This document shows, in pieces, positions 13,086 to 27,402 of a stretch of DNA of 64,000 nt. This DNA comes from Octopus vulgaris (Eukaryota): contig OX597828.1 in assembly GCA_951406725.2 (NCBI GenBank), forward strand, positions 27,156,001 to 27,220,000, read 5' to 3'. Position 1 is the stretch's first letter. Every line of letters starts with the position of its first letter. The notes beneath the pieces were generated by a model. It did not search any database and was not told where the DNA came from. It saw only the letters and a program-made list of their open reading frames with translations. The position numbers and the translations under genes are program-made.

Positions 13086-15410
13086 TTAACATCTAATTGA
13101 TAACAGAAATTGTGAGGCTTGTAATTTATCATATTGTATCTTTGTGGTTGTAAACTAAGAAATACTGGCTGTGAAGTTAAGATGTTGGGCTCTCATACAA
13201 ATACCAAATTTTTGTACAGATGTGTACTCATCTAACCCATGCTAGCATGGAAAAAATAAATGTGGAATAAACAAAAAAAGGAACAAATACTTGAGATAAA
13301 TTAGGAAGGAGATTGAATGCATGAATTCATTCAGTCACAGTGTATCTCGGACTTCATTATTCAATAAGTCCTTCTTTTTAAAACCAGTAGAGAATGAATT
13401 GTGTGAGATTTGCTTGCTATTTCTACTGGATTTGAGGAACCACATAAAGATTACCTGTAGGCTTTGGAAAGGGTATATGCAGATGAAGCTTTAACATATA
13501 ATTATCAAGTTTTCTTAAACACTGGAGACAAATTTTGAAACGTGTTCAAATTTAACATCAACTCATTCAGAGAGTGCATCGAGAACAACATAATTCAAAA
13601 ATGTCCTTTGTTTTGTAAAGTCAATGAAGTCTGATTCAGGGAAGATTTGGCTGCTGTTTCTAGTCACTCAGGTAAACACAGTAAGGCTACCATCATCACC
13701 TCAACAGTACACAGTTAGAAAGGACGTGTGCCTTATCTGATGTGCTCTAACATTATTATTATACAATTATCAAATTTTCTTATAAATATTTGAGACAAAT
13801 TCGAGAGGTGATTAAATTTGATATCAACTCTATAAATGTTGAGCTACGTTGTGCGATAGATAAAAGCCCCTATGCTGTGGCTGTCAGTCATAGGATAGGC
13901 AGCCCCTATTTATTGAACCCACAGTAATTCAGCTATAAGCAAATGAATCAGTTATCATTGATCGGCCAAAGGTGAGCATGTTGTCATTGATCGCTGAACT
14001 AGAATAAATCACGAGAACGCAATGGTGAATTGATTGGATAAGCTATGTGGAAAGGTCACACACACTCGACTAGACATGACACAAACACACTTCCTTAAAT
14101 GACCTGCTGGCCGCAAGCCATAGCAAGACACCCTGGCTGAATGGGTAGATGTAGTGCAGAAACATGCCATTGCACTGTTAAGCCAGACATTTTCCGGATC
14201 GATAGCGAAAGAGATTAAGAAAGTGAGAATTGAGAAAGAGATGGCGGTGGGGATGGCATAGGTGGTGGTGGTGGTGGTGGTGGTGGTGGCAAGGGGTTGG
14301 AGTTTAAGATGAGAGAATCACTTGATATATGGATAGGTTCCGCTGGACATCTCCAGACCAGCAAAGCACTAATGACTTGGTCAGTGGTTACAGACAAAAG
14401 TCAAGAGGATATTATGAAACATAAATAGTAATAAGTTAAAACTAATATACCAATTGATAATTCAGGAAAGTTTAATTAATTAATTAAAAAACATTAAACA
14501 AAGCAAAGCCATTATGTGTGTGTGTGTGTGTGTGTCTGTGCGTGCGTGTATGTATATGTAACTGTAAAAGCTGCATTGCGAAGAATACCTGTAGTGATAA
14601 ATTTTTCAATTCCATAGGATTTTTAAGTTGCATATCCCATGTTTTTCTCACAACTGCCACTCAAATAAGAATAAAGAAAGTGTGCTAAATGGAGGGAGGG
14701 AGAGAACAGGGGTGGGTGGGCATGGGGGAATTGTATTGAATTACTTTGGTTTGTCTAATCAAATCTAATTATGAGAACAATACCACAGTGATGTTTCTGT
14801 TGTTATTGTTACTGGTGCTGCTGCTGAGGATGATAGTGATGTTGGATAATGATGACTATGATAATAGATGATGGTGATGATTAAGTGAGGAGGAGGAAGA
14901 AGAAAAACAGCTGGTGGTGGTGGTGGTGGAGTTGAGGATGATGATGATGATGATGATGAGGATGGGTGGGGTGATGATGATTGATAAATGACTGAATGTC
15001 ATTGAGCTTCTGCTAATTCTGTCATTAAGAATACTGATGGGGTGGGGAAAAATTTTTGACGATGGAGATGATGGAAGGGATAGAGGAGGAATGATAATAA
15101 TAATAATAATGATAATCAGTAATGAGGATAATGAGAAAGATAATGGGTTATTGAAAACTATTGGAGCAGCAGTCCTCATATCCTGAGTTCAAATCTAACC
15201 AAAGAATCGCATTTGTTTGGCCAAAATGAATTCAAAATTATTTTCCTAAATTTATGTGTTTGGGGTGGAGAAGTGAAATCACGATTCACCAGTGTTAAAC
15301 AGATTCTGCTGTGGAGTTTCTTCCAAATTCCAAGCCCATTGACGATAACTTTGTCCTTCAAATATTAACATTTAATGAAGCACAAGTAATGGAATCCCTA
15401 CTCTCTCTCT

Positions 15411-15447
<37 letters not shown>

Positions 15448-16372
15448 CGCTATCATCATCATCATCTATCTCTTGTTTTTGTCACTGGACCATGGCCATG
15501 CTGGGGCATCGTCTTGATGAATTTAGTCAAACAGATCAACCCCCCAGCACTCTTATGAGCCTGGCACTTTATTCTTTAAGTCTTTTTTTTATTTTTTTCC
15601 AAACTGCTAAGTTACGGGGACATAAACAAACCAATATCAGTTGTCAAGTGGAAGGATGGGAACAAACACAAACACACACGTACACACAGAAACACTCGCA
15701 TGCCACACACACACTCATGTATAAAATGGGCTTCCAAACAGTTTCTATCAACTAAATTTGCTCACAAGGTACTGGTTGATCTTGGGCTATAGTAAGAGAT
15801 GTTTGTCTGAGATGCTGTGCAGTGGGACTGAAATTTAAACCATGTGGTTGCAAGACAGAATTGGACAGCACTTGTTGTCATGGTATTTTATAGACGAATG
15901 CCTTTCTTGAAATCAGCTCTTTTAGTCAGTCCTTATGACCCGTTAGATACAGTGCATTTGATAAGATGTACAAATGTGTCTTACATGTCCTTAATTTCAG
16001 CCATGTAGAGCTAAGTTAAGCTGTTATTAAAAATATATCCTCATCCTCATACGCATACACATTTATAAGTTATCTCCTGTGATATGTGCATTTAATTTGA
16101 AATCCTGTTCAATCTTGTTTAACCTCATGTATTCTCATCCAAAATGGAGATGAGTACCAACACATGAACACTTGTGAAGCTTGCTTCACATGAAACCATT
16201 GGCTACTTTGTTAAGCCACAAATAAAGTGCATGTGTGTCTATATTCATTCACCTTGAAAGGGACGGATTAAATCAGTACCAGTGAAACACTGAGGTTGAT
16301 GTAATCAACTACTCCCCTCCTCCAAAATCTCAGGCCTTGTGCCTTTTGTAGAAAGTATTATTATTATTGTCA

Positions 16373-16855
16373 TCATTCAGTAGTCTTATTTTTATCACAT
16401 GTTTTCACTTCACTACTGAGCACAGCTCTGTGCTTTCGGTATGTGCTGTTGATTATTGTGATGCTCTTATAGTTACTGTATTGAAAGTGCTTTACGTAGG
16501 ATGTGTGCAGTGCCTAGTAGTGCTGTTTTCTGTATGTTATATATACTTGTTAGTCCTAGTTGTTTTTGTTATGTATTTGTCTGAAAATTTTTTTATCATG
16601 CCTAACATGCCCACTATGATAGGAATTGTTTCTGCTTTTATGCTCCACATTCGAGTTACCTCTATTTTCAGGTCTTTGTATTTTGAAAGTTTCTCCATTT
16701 CTTTTAGAGAAACGTTGTCATCTGCTGATATTGATACATTGACTAAAAAGCATTTTTTTTTTTTTTTTATGATCTCTGACAACTATATCTGGCCTATTGG
16801 CCTTAATTTTTCTATCTTTATTTTCCTCATTTTTCTGTGACCTTTTCTGACGTGT
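16373..16855 (-). mobile_element. R4/Dong-clade non-LTR retrotransposon 3' fragment (restriction-like endonuclease domain)
   Basis: Frameshifted RKIKANRPDIVVRDHKKKKCFLVNVSISADDNVSLKEMEKLSKYKDLKIEVTRMW..IPIIVGMLG, then NIQKTALLGTAHILRKALS; flanked by (TTA)n. Confidence 0.85.
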
Positions 16856-16967
16856 GCCTATATTATTATTATTAGTAGCAGCAGTAGTAGTAATAGTAGT
16901 AGTAGTGTTGCTATTAGCTGGTGTTAGGAAGAGCACCTTATAATAGAAATCATTTCAAAATCAAACA

Positions 16968-17405
16968 TAGGTACAAGTGTGGCTGTGTGGTAAGGAGTTT
17001 CTTCACAATCTCATGGTTTTGCTTGGCACTTTGGATGTCTTCTACTGTAACTCTGGGCTAACTAAAGCCTTGTGAGTAGATCTAGTTGACGAAAACTGAA
17101 AGAAGCCTGTTGCATATATAAAATGAAGAATATATACACATACACACACACACATACACATGTATATATAGGGAGAGAGGGAGAGATGTATTTGTGTATG
17201 TATTTGTGTTCATCCCACCATCATCCCTTGACAATTGGAGCTGGTTTTACATCCCCATGACTTAGCAGTTCACCAAAATGGGGACTAATAGAATAAGTAC
17301 GATGCTAAGGAAAAATTAATATTGGGGTTGATTTTTCAACAAAGGCCTTCAAGGTGGTGCCCTAGCATGGCCACTGTCTAATGGTTAAAACAAGTAAAAG
17401 ATGAA
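16968..17405 (+). mobile_element. SINE family B, diverged
   Basis: GTGGCTGTGTGGTAAG head, AACTGAAAGAAGCC body, GGTGCCCTAGCATGGCC..AAACAAGTAAAAG tail. Confidence 0.8.
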
Positions 17406-19239
17406 ACATGGTCATCGAATTCTGCCTGGAAGAGCATAAAATGCAAACAAGAACTGAATCTAAGTGCGATGACCCACTCAACCCATGCAAGCATGAAAAA
17501 CGGAAGTAAAATGGGAATGATGTCAATATTTTTTTTATTGAAAGAAAAGTGAAATATTAAAAATAAATATGTTGAATAATCATAGATTATCTTCTTCTAT
17601 AGCAGTTGTGCAACATTGTCTGTTATTTATGGGATTATAAATTTTTGAAGGGTCTTTTTTTTCTTCTTAATTTTGGCCCCCAAAAAATCAAGATGTCACA
17701 TGTGTTATACATGTTAGCATTAGCATAGTCAACATGAAGCATGGGTATCATTCTTGGCAGGGAAGTGGGTTTCATAAGATATGGCTAATCATCAGGCAGG
17801 TGACTAAAAAAGAATTTATGGTAATTTTTTTGTTAGGTATTCCATTCAGGAAGTCCTTCAGGCTTCAATTTGACCATGGTAGGTGTATGTATATGGACCT
17901 TTATGGTACTTAGGGGTGTTTTTTTGGTGGTGGTTGTGGGGGGGTATGTTATGGCAGAATGTACAAATATCTAACCTAGTAGCATGTAAAAAAATAATTC
18001 GACCTTTTAAATTAAATTTTAAAAAAATAGAAACCAATTAAATTACAATATCGATCTTATTTGATCTCTGGAGTGAGAAATTTGTCCTTTCGACTTATTC
18101 GAACCTTGGTGTCATTCGTGATGGCTATCATAAGATGTTTTCAAATGACTTCCTAACAGCTATGTAGCAGAACCCATCTTTCATCAGCATCAGGACTTTA
18201 TTGATTGATAGATTGAATCAATCATTGATTGATTAATTGATTGATTTGTCCTTTTAAACTTGTTTAGGTCCTCTATGTCACCTCTGATTGTTATTGGAGG
18301 TGAGGGTTTATATTTCTTTTTGCTTGTTGTGAAGGGGGTTTTTTTTTTGGTTTTGTTATTTGTTCCTGTTTTTTTTTTTTACATGTATATTTTTATATAA
18401 ATATTTTTTTTTTAGTTCACAACCCTGCAGAATCCATCTTTCTCTAAGGATTTCTGTTCACTTTCTTTTAAGCCTTTAAAAGAATGTGTGTGTGAGAGAG
18501 AGAGAGAGAGATGCGGGGGTGGTGGTGGTGGAGTGAAGAATATAACTGTCTTGAAGAGTGTCTTTAATTTCAATTTTTGTGTTTGTGTTTGTTTTATTTT
18601 CTGCCAAGATGGTGGCATGTGGAGCGGGGGTGGGTGGGGTGGAAGCTCTGTCAGTCAAAGTTTGTCTCCTCCATCACTTGTCATCTGCAGCAAGGGTTTC
18701 TGGGAATCAGAAACCTGCTGAGAGAGAAAGAGAGAGAAAGACACAGACAGAGACAGGGTCGGTGGAGGGGGGATAACGAGAAAGAGAAAGAGAAAGAAAG
18801 GTGGGGGAAAGGATAGAGGAAGGGGGGAAGGAGTAGAAGAAGGGTGGGGGCAAAACAAAATAAAACAATTGAATGATGAAATGAGAGGAAAAAGAGAAAA
18901 TAATTATCAAAGTGGACAATAGACTTTAAGCAATGACAATGTGATAATGGGGGGGGGGGGGCAGGAAGGTGTGGTTGCGGGGCGGGGGTAGAAGAAAACT
19001 GTGGGTAGGGGTGCAGCAGAGAGATTGGTGAAGTAAAGACTCTGTAAGAAGGTGACAATGAATCATGTTGGCACAGAAAGAAACAAAGCTATGGAGCAAA
19101 CAAGTGGGTGTGGAGCGAACGATTGGTGGACGTGTGTGTGTGTGTGTGTGCTTCCATGGTATAACTTACATAGTATGGCATACACTTTGGCACAACACTG
19201 GCATGGTGTGCCATATGGGCTGGGCAGTGTGTGTACTTA

Positions 19240-19254
19240 GTATTGCTGTTGTTG

Positions 19255-19294
<40 letters not shown>

Positions 19295-19850
19295 TATTGT
19301 TGTTGTTGTTGTTATTCTTTTTATTGTTGTCTTGATGAAATCAAATTAATCCAAAGTAAAAATAATCACTTTAGATATTGCAAGGAAATAAAATTTGTTG
19401 ATGGAGTTGGGTGCCATAATGAAATTCAAGGGAACAAAGAATTGTAGATTTGAGGAAATTTTCCTATATTTTTATACATATTTTTATTATACCATTGATG
19501 TTGATGATGATGACTAAAACGATGGTAGTGGTGGTTGTGGTAGTGATGTTGGTGACGATGGTGGCAGCAATAATGACAATGGTGATGATGATGATGATGG
19601 TGATGAATATGATGGTGTGGTTGCTGATAGTGGTAGTGATAGCAGGAGTAACAGCAATTGCAATGACAATGCGATGATGAAGATGACGATGATGATGATA
19701 AGAATGATAGGAATAATAATGATGATGAAGATGAGGATAAAGATGATGATGGCTATTGTAATGATGGCGGTGTGAACAAGCTTTGGTATATATATATATA
19801 TATATATATAGATATATATATATATAAATATAAATGTATATCTTCATATG

Positions 19851-19900
<50 letters not shown>

Positions 19901-20112
19901 TACTAGAGTATATATAGAGCATATATATATATAAGTGTATAGAAAGGTGGTGGTGGTAGTGATGATAACATTATTAACAGCAACAAAAACAACTTCCATA
20001 AATACTATTAATTATAACAATAGTAGTAATAAAAATTTCCACTGATGATGATAATGATGATGATAGCAATATAGAAATGCAGTAACAATATATAAATATC
20101 ATTAATAATAAC

Positions 20113-20149
<37 letters not shown>

Positions 20150-20230
20150 GTGATTTCTTCTTAATAATAGCAATAAGAATAATAATAAAATTATGACAAT
20201 AATAATGATAATAATAATAATAATAATGAG
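19240..20230. repeat. Low-complexity trinucleotide region (GAT/TAA/GTT)
   Basis: Direct reading; a similar tract at 25590-26610. Confidence 0.9.
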
Positions 20231-20675
20231 TGAATAAATGTCGCCACTGTTCTTCTAATCTCGTTCACACATCCCCTCCACCTCCCTGACTTTTATTTTG
20301 TCTGTAATTTCTTTTCTTTCCTTCAATTCTGTGAAGTAGTCAAAACCCTACCACTGCTGCCCTCTCCACCTCACCATCACCTCCCCCGTCTTTCTTTGTA
20401 TTCCTTCTTTTTTTTCTTCCTTTTCTTCTTCGTTAGTTTTACTGTAATAAATGAGAGCTGCCAAAACAAAAACAAAAAAAAGAAACAAAAAGAAAAGGAA
20501 AAGAGAAGAAAAAAGTAGAAGACCTAGGGAGTGTGCGTGCATACGCGCGTGTGTGTGTGTGTGTGTGTGTGTGTTAGGGAAGTAGGTAGTGGGGTAATTA
20601 ATAATGATAATTGAGAAATTCTGAAATGAGATAAAAAGATTTCAGTTCAGTTGGTAAGTGTGAATAAAGAAAGAA

Positions 20676-20774
<99 letters not shown>

Positions 20775-21217
20775 CAAGTGTGTGTATATATATATGTGTG
20801 TGTGTGTGTGAGTGTATAGATGTATATGTGCATATATGTTTGTATATACATGTGTGTGTGTGTGTGTGTAAATGTATATATATAAACAAAAGACATTCAC
20901 TAAAGAATGCTTCTATTTGGTTTGGTTTTTGAATTTTTTGTTTCTTTTTTTTATTTTGTAAAATGTCATTTCATTTTTTCAATTATTATTATTTTATCTT
21001 TCTTATATACTTGTGTGTGTGTGTGTGTGTGTGTGTGTGGTTATTTTTGTGTGCTTATGTGTGTTTGTATGTATGTGCATGCATCTATGTAATTATGTAA
21101 TTATATATATATATATATAAAATGTATGTGTATAAACGTATATTTTAAATATTTTTAGGCTGAACTTTTTCTTTCTGTATTATCTTTTTGCATATATGTA
21201 CACTGTTACTGAATATG

Positions 21218-21274
<57 letters not shown>

Positions 21275-21290
21275 GTGTGTATATATGTAA

Positions 21291-21339
<49 letters not shown>

Positions 21340-22099
21340 TATACATGAGTGTGTGTGTGTGTACAACATGTTATAAGTGTGTGTCTATATTACATACGTG
21401 TGTGTGTGATTGCATTTTTGTTATGAAGGGATTGGAGTAAATAAAAAAAATTTAGATAAATAAATGAATATCTAAATAAACAAGTAAATAAAAAAGAAAA
21501 AACATGACAAAAAATTTCTGCTAAAAAAAAACTTGAAGGCCAAGATATTAGAGATAGAGAAGGAAAGAAATATGATGCCAGGGTAAAGGGAAGAAGTGTG
21601 TAAACAATATATTTCTATGACCATTGAGATATAAGTAACTCTTACTTTAAGATAAGCTTTCTGCTCTTCCCGCACCCCCACCCACCCCCACTTCTTTCAT
21701 TTTTTTTTGTTCTTTGTTTTGGGTTTTTGGGGGTTGCTTTTCTTTTATTGTTTCTCATTTTATTTTAGGGCTCTCTTTTTTGTTTTGTTTTTGTTTTGTT
21801 TTGTTTTGTTTTCAGTTTTTGTTTTTTTGTATTATTGCAAAATCTGAAAACAAGTGAAATGATTAAAAGTGTATTTTAAAATGAAAACAAAAACCAAAAA
21901 AAAAACCAAAAAAAAACAAGAAAAATCTCCAGAAAAATTAAATTATAATGATGTCGTGACAATGATTATGATGATGCTAATGATGATGATGATTCTGGTG
22001 GAAATATAGCTGGAGGAGAAAGGATAATAAGCTGTTTGTGATGATAATAATAATAGGAATATGTGTATGTGTTTGTGTATAGATGTATATATGTGAAAG

Positions 22100-22375
22100 T
22101 ACATGACCTACAGAGCAGGGTGTTGCACTCCTGATCACAAAACCATGGTTTTGATTCCCAGACTGGCTCTGCTTTGTGTTCTTGAGCCAAACACTTTATT
22201 TCACTTTGCTTTCATCCATTCACCTGTAAATGAGTGAGTGTTGCATTCAAAGGGAACTTAGGCCTACCCACCCACCCAGCAGGGTGGCATCATTTGAAAG
22301 CTACAATGATGTAAGCAAGTGCATTGTGACAAGTGATGTATTACAACATCTGATAGCCAGGACAGTGGTGATGCA
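22100..22375 (+). mobile_element. SINE family G (tRNA-like head plus CORE-like TTGAGCAA..CACTT..TTCAC)
   Basis: GGGTGTTGCACTC..GATC..GGTTTTGATTCCCAGAC head shared with 28106-28335(+), 41354-42110(+), 51820-52015(-), 55860-56010(-). Confidence 0.7.
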
Positions 22376-22999
22376 ATGATATTCATGTATGTAATTGTGT
22401 CTGTGTGTATGTAACATTATTATCGTGATCAGGACTTTTGTGCACACCTTTCCCGGTTGGAAAAGTTTGGTTGAGTTAAAACCACCCTCCCTTCTTACAC
22501 GGGAGTAGCCTTGCAGATCCCCATATCAATCATTAAAGTTCCCTTTTTAAAGTAGTCTTTTATGGTTGAGAATTTCAGAGAGTTGACCTTCCACAAAGGA
22601 AGATTTTGACAAAACATTCCAAGTGGGAGACTGGTGGGGTAACAAATTGAAAAGAGAGAGAAAAAGGGCCTAGATGTGTCCTAAGGTGAGCCTGGACAGA
22701 GATGGTATTCAGTTTGTTCAGAGGGAACTGAGACTATTGAAGTATGGAAAATGTAGAGGAAGAAGAAGCACATGTGTGGGTTAAAGATTGTAGGATGATC
22801 AGGTAGAGTGAGGTGACTGTATTTCTGTGGGTTAGTAGTTGTTGTGTGTATTAGTGAGTGAATAAACAGGGTGTATTAAGGGTAGACCAGGTACAGGGAA
22901 GAGGTAACACATTTGTAGGTTAAAGGCTGTAATGTCCAACTGCCTCACTTCTATCTACCACATTCCATAATTTGTAAGAAGATAGACTTCGCTTGACTT

Positions 23000-23270
23000 A
23001 TTTGATTTGCTCTTCTTTTATGAATTGAAGTGGAGGTCTTCATCAGTATCATAATAAACAAATGGGTCATTGTGCGAGAAAATAAGACAAACAAACTCTG
23101 CTTTGTGTGTTAAAATTCAGTATAAATGGTTTTAGGTGTTTCTGGTAGAAGCTTTATTTGGTGTACCTCATATCCAAAGTATATAATATGCTGTTTGAGA
23201 ATGTTACTTATGTTGGGCAGACATTCTATGCAAGTAGGGACTTGGCTTTTATTTGCTTAAAACTCTTAAC
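23000..23270 (+). pseudogene. Possible highly decayed GIY-YIG (Penelope-like) endonuclease remnant
   Basis: In-frame VYNMLFENVTYVGQT near 23179-23223 resembles VY..YVGQT, but the spacing is shorter than typical and no ORF survives. Confidence 0.25.
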
Positions 23271-23780
23271 ACCCTGTTCTAAATTTTCAAAGGCAACAGA
23301 TTTATCCTGAAATGATTAAACATATAAACTATCTAAAAATGGGTTTGTTTATTCAAATGCTTGTAGCGTATTTATATGTAGTCAGATTATCGTGAAAATG
23401 GACAATATTGCAGAAACGACTTGGTTTTTATTGTAAATAGTCATTTGTGCTAAAAATAATATTTTGTGTGTGTGTGAGGTCGTTAATTCATTACATAGTG
23501 ATAGCTAAAAATAATGCACCAAAAGAAAATAATGAAATGTGATTTTAGCAATAAATGGAATTAGTAACAGGACACACAGACATCACAAATGACAAACATG
23601 CTTTCTCTGATATTTTTTGTAGCTTTTCCAATATGAAATTTACAAGTTTATTCCGTTATCTTTCATTAAAAAAATTTTTTTAAATCCAGGAACATATCAA
23701 AGTTGCATCCAAAAAGACATTGCAAACATTCAGCAACACACGTGTCATCACTTTTAGCAGTGAATGTTTACAGAATTTAA

Positions 23781-24002
23781 CCCTTTAGCATTTAAACCGG
23801 CCATATCCGGCCAAAAATATTCTACCTGATTTATGCTCAAACTGGCCAGATCCAGTCTCTCACACCAACTCTATAATATCATTTTAAAAATTAACAGCTA
23901 CCTCATCAAAATCTCATAGCTACAAGATTAATGCATGATTAATTCAAAACAATGTAGATGAAGAAGCATTAATTTTGGTAGAATAATGCCAACACTAAAA
24001 GG
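23781..24002. mobile_element. piggyBac-like MITE family M2
   Basis: TTAA-CCCTTTAGCA...CTAAAAGG-TTAA; internal similarity to 7648-7866. Fragments at 24170-24240, 45430-45524, 63927-64000. Confidence 0.85.
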
Positions 24003-24240
24003 TTAAATAATTAACAGATGAAGGAATTAAAGTTTTCTTCCTTAGAGTAAAGACTTTATAACTTCCTTTAAAACAACAATAAACAAAATTGTTCTGATCT
24101 GGGCAGTTTCAGGTGGTATAGGACTGAGGAATACGTGCAACAGTGGGTGGATTCATGTAGAATAGTACATTAACCCACTGGTATTTAAACTGACCATACC
24201 TAACACAAATCTTCCCCCTGTTTTATTTTCAAACTGACTA

Positions 24241-24476
24241 TGCGCATCCAGGCTCAGCGGTTGCGTAGGAAGTCAGAGACAAGAAACAGGAAGAAAGAGT
24301 GAGAGAAAGTTGGGGCGAAAGAGTACAACAGGGGTCGCCACCATCCCTTGCTGAAGCCTCATGGAGCTTTAGATGTTTTCACTCAATAAACACACACAAC
24401 GCCCGGTCTGGGAATCGAAACCACAATCCTCCAACCATGAGTCCACTGCCCTAACCATTGGGCCATTGTGCCTCCA
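24241..24476 (-). mobile_element. SINE family F, 3'-truncated
   Basis: Reverse complement of about 37834-38060. Confidence 0.85.
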
Positions 24477-24807
24477 CGCTGATGCTGCTCAAGCAAAGTG
24501 GTTTATTGTACAGTGAGGTTACTGGACATTTTGTGTCTCAAAGAAGAATAATAGAACTTACATATAAATAAATGAAGTAAACTTATGTGGTTTCTTATTT
24601 TTCAGTGTGTGTGTGCATAAGAAAATTATGGCTTATTTTAGAATGCTTACAATTCATAGGGTATTATAAATTCAGTTTACTTTTGTGCTGTTATATGTCT
24701 ATCCCAAATGAATTAAGTTTACGTTATTTACATTTTGGATCCTGAATTTTGAATAGAAATACACTGTTTGTATGCCTTATTTAAGTAATACTAATGTTAG
24801 TCACTGT

Positions 24808-24992
24808 GAGAATTTACAAAAAAACAATAGACAAAGACGAGTGTGTAAACAACAAACAGATGTATTAGTTTAATGCTCGGGAAGTGAGAAAGTCTTTTAC
24901 GTTTTGAGCCTAAGCTCTTCGACAGAAGGGAACACAAAAATAAACAGGGAGAGAAAATAGAAAAAGTTTAGTGGCTAATGATCTATCATGGC
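24808..24992 (-). mobile_element. Family H2 copy 2
   Basis: Motif at 24894-24929: core CUGUCGA, stem II intact, GAAAC mutated to AAAAC. Confidence 0.7.
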
Positions 24993-25597
24993 AAAAAATG
25001 GTCATAGTATGGTCAGTGTGGCTGCACAGCCATTCAGTCAATAACAACAACTACTATATGCCACTAGTATATGTGTGTGTATCTCTGAAAATCTGATGAT
25101 GTGCATGTGTCTTATACTCACGAAATTTGAAGTAATGTGGACCTGACTCAAGAATTGCTATTAAGTAAATCTACCTTCGATTAATTAGGTCAAGTCCTAC
25201 ATTTTTTGTTTTCATGCATCAGTACCTACACACACACACATACATGCATGCACACACACACACACATATGCCACTGCAAGTTCTGTGCTGGTAAGGTAGA
25301 AATCACAAAGTTTGACTGTTGCAGATGCACACACACACGCGCACAACTGTTCTCGGGATGCACTCAACAACATCTGCAAAAATAAAAGACGCCTCTGTCT
25401 GCTTTATCTATTTAGTTAAAATTTTTGCTTTATTCCTAAGAATGTGGTGTGGGTGGTATGATGGGTGGGTCATGGTAGGAAGGTTTAAAGTTCTAATGGA
25501 AGTTGAGGTGAGACAAAAAATGTGAAGAAAAATATTAGAATGAGCCGAATTTGAGCAAGAAAAAGTTTAGAAGACAAAATAACAACAACACTGACAT

Positions 25598-25637
<40 letters not shown>

Positions 25638-26985
25638 AATAATAATAATAATAATAATAATGATAATAATTGTATCAATGTTGGTAAGTTATAAAAAAAG
25701 ATTAGAGGACAAAACAGAAGCAGCAGCAGCAGTAGCAGCAACAACAGATATGTTGATAGTAGTAAGTAGTAAAGACAAGATATAGTAACAGTGTTACTAA
25801 TGAAAGAAACAATAATATATGGATTAATATTGCAATATTACTAATACTACTGTCAACAACAACAACAATAATAATAATAATAATAATAATAATGATGATA
25901 GGAAGATGAAGTAGGATTGTAATTAGTTGTAATAATGTGTGTAGTTATAAATTGTACTAATAACAATGATATTAGTAATAATGATAATGATTGTTGAAAA
26001 GAAAAAAAAAAACTATTAGAAATAGACGTAAAATATTGCACAGAAAGATGTTAGTAGAAATATGTGTAGGTGGCGGGGGGGGGGGTCATGATGGTTGGTG
26101 GTTGGTGGTTGGTGGTGGTGATGCTGAGAGTAACGATGATAGTTATACAAAGGACAATTAATGGATTATAACGATGTTGTTGATGATGATGATGATAATG
26201 GTGATGATGAGGGGGACGATATAACAGAGATGAAAATGGCAGCAGCAACACACACACACACACACACAAAATATCCTACAAAAACTAACAATTACAAATG
26301 TGAAAAAAATTGAGAAAGTTTGTGAAAATGATGATGATGATGACAATGATGATGATGAAAACAACAATATTATTTGTGATGTTGTTGTTGTTGTTGTTAT
26401 TAATGATGATTCTGTTTTCTTAAAGATTATGTTGATGGTGATTGTGATGATGATTTTTTTATAACAACAACAACAATAATAATAATAATAATGATTATAA
26501 TGATCATAATAATAATAATGATAATAATAATAATGATAATAATGATAATAATAAGAAGAAGAAGGAATGATGTCAATGATTATAATGATGTTGATAATCG
26601 TGATAATGATGAAAAAAGATTATTTTCTTTTAATTTTTTAATTTTTTTATTTCCTTCTTGTGCCTGAGAAAATTAAAGCAGCCTCGTACCGAAGGTGTCA
26701 AGAACAGTTTGGAATAAAATGTTTTAAAGAAAATATTAAACAAAATAAAGAAATACATAAAAAGCAAAAACAAAATGAAATAAAATAAAAAATAAAAATA
26801 AAGAATGGGAAACAAAGAAGACTTCAGAAATGAAATAAAATAAAATAAAATAGATTAAAATGAAGTGTGAAAGACTCAGAAATACGAAAACTTTTGGGAA
26901 TAGGTTTCTTTTACTTTCTCAGTCTCTCTCTGTCTTCTCTCTCTCTCTCTCTCTCACACATTCTTTATTGCTTGTTCTTTCTTAC

Positions 26986-27018
<33 letters not shown>

Positions 27019-27402
27019 TTGATTTTGATTTTTTTGTGGCCAATTTTTATTTCTATTTTATCTTTCAATATTTTTCTTTGTTGTTATTTTTGTTGCTCCA
27101 TTATAGTTGATATTTACTTTATAAGGATAATCTTTGGTGCTGCTACTGTACAGAACGAGGAATTTGGTACATTTTCATCTTCTTCAGAATCTTAATTCTA
27201 TTCTTACCTCTGGAGAAATATGTAGCAACCCAAAGCTGATATGGTGGACATAAGTGTGTGTGTGTGTGTGCATTCACACATACAGGGCAGAGAGAGAGAG
27301 ACACCTAGATTGTGTGTATCCACAAAGGAAATACAAATGCATATAACAGTACACATTACTCATATATATATGTTATATATATAAACACACGCATGCACAT
27401 GG

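Noticed and set aside
27195-27225. Minus-strand micro-exon (TTTCTCCAG-AG-GTAAG)
   Set aside because: A 2-nt exon is implausible without transcript data; chance match is likely.
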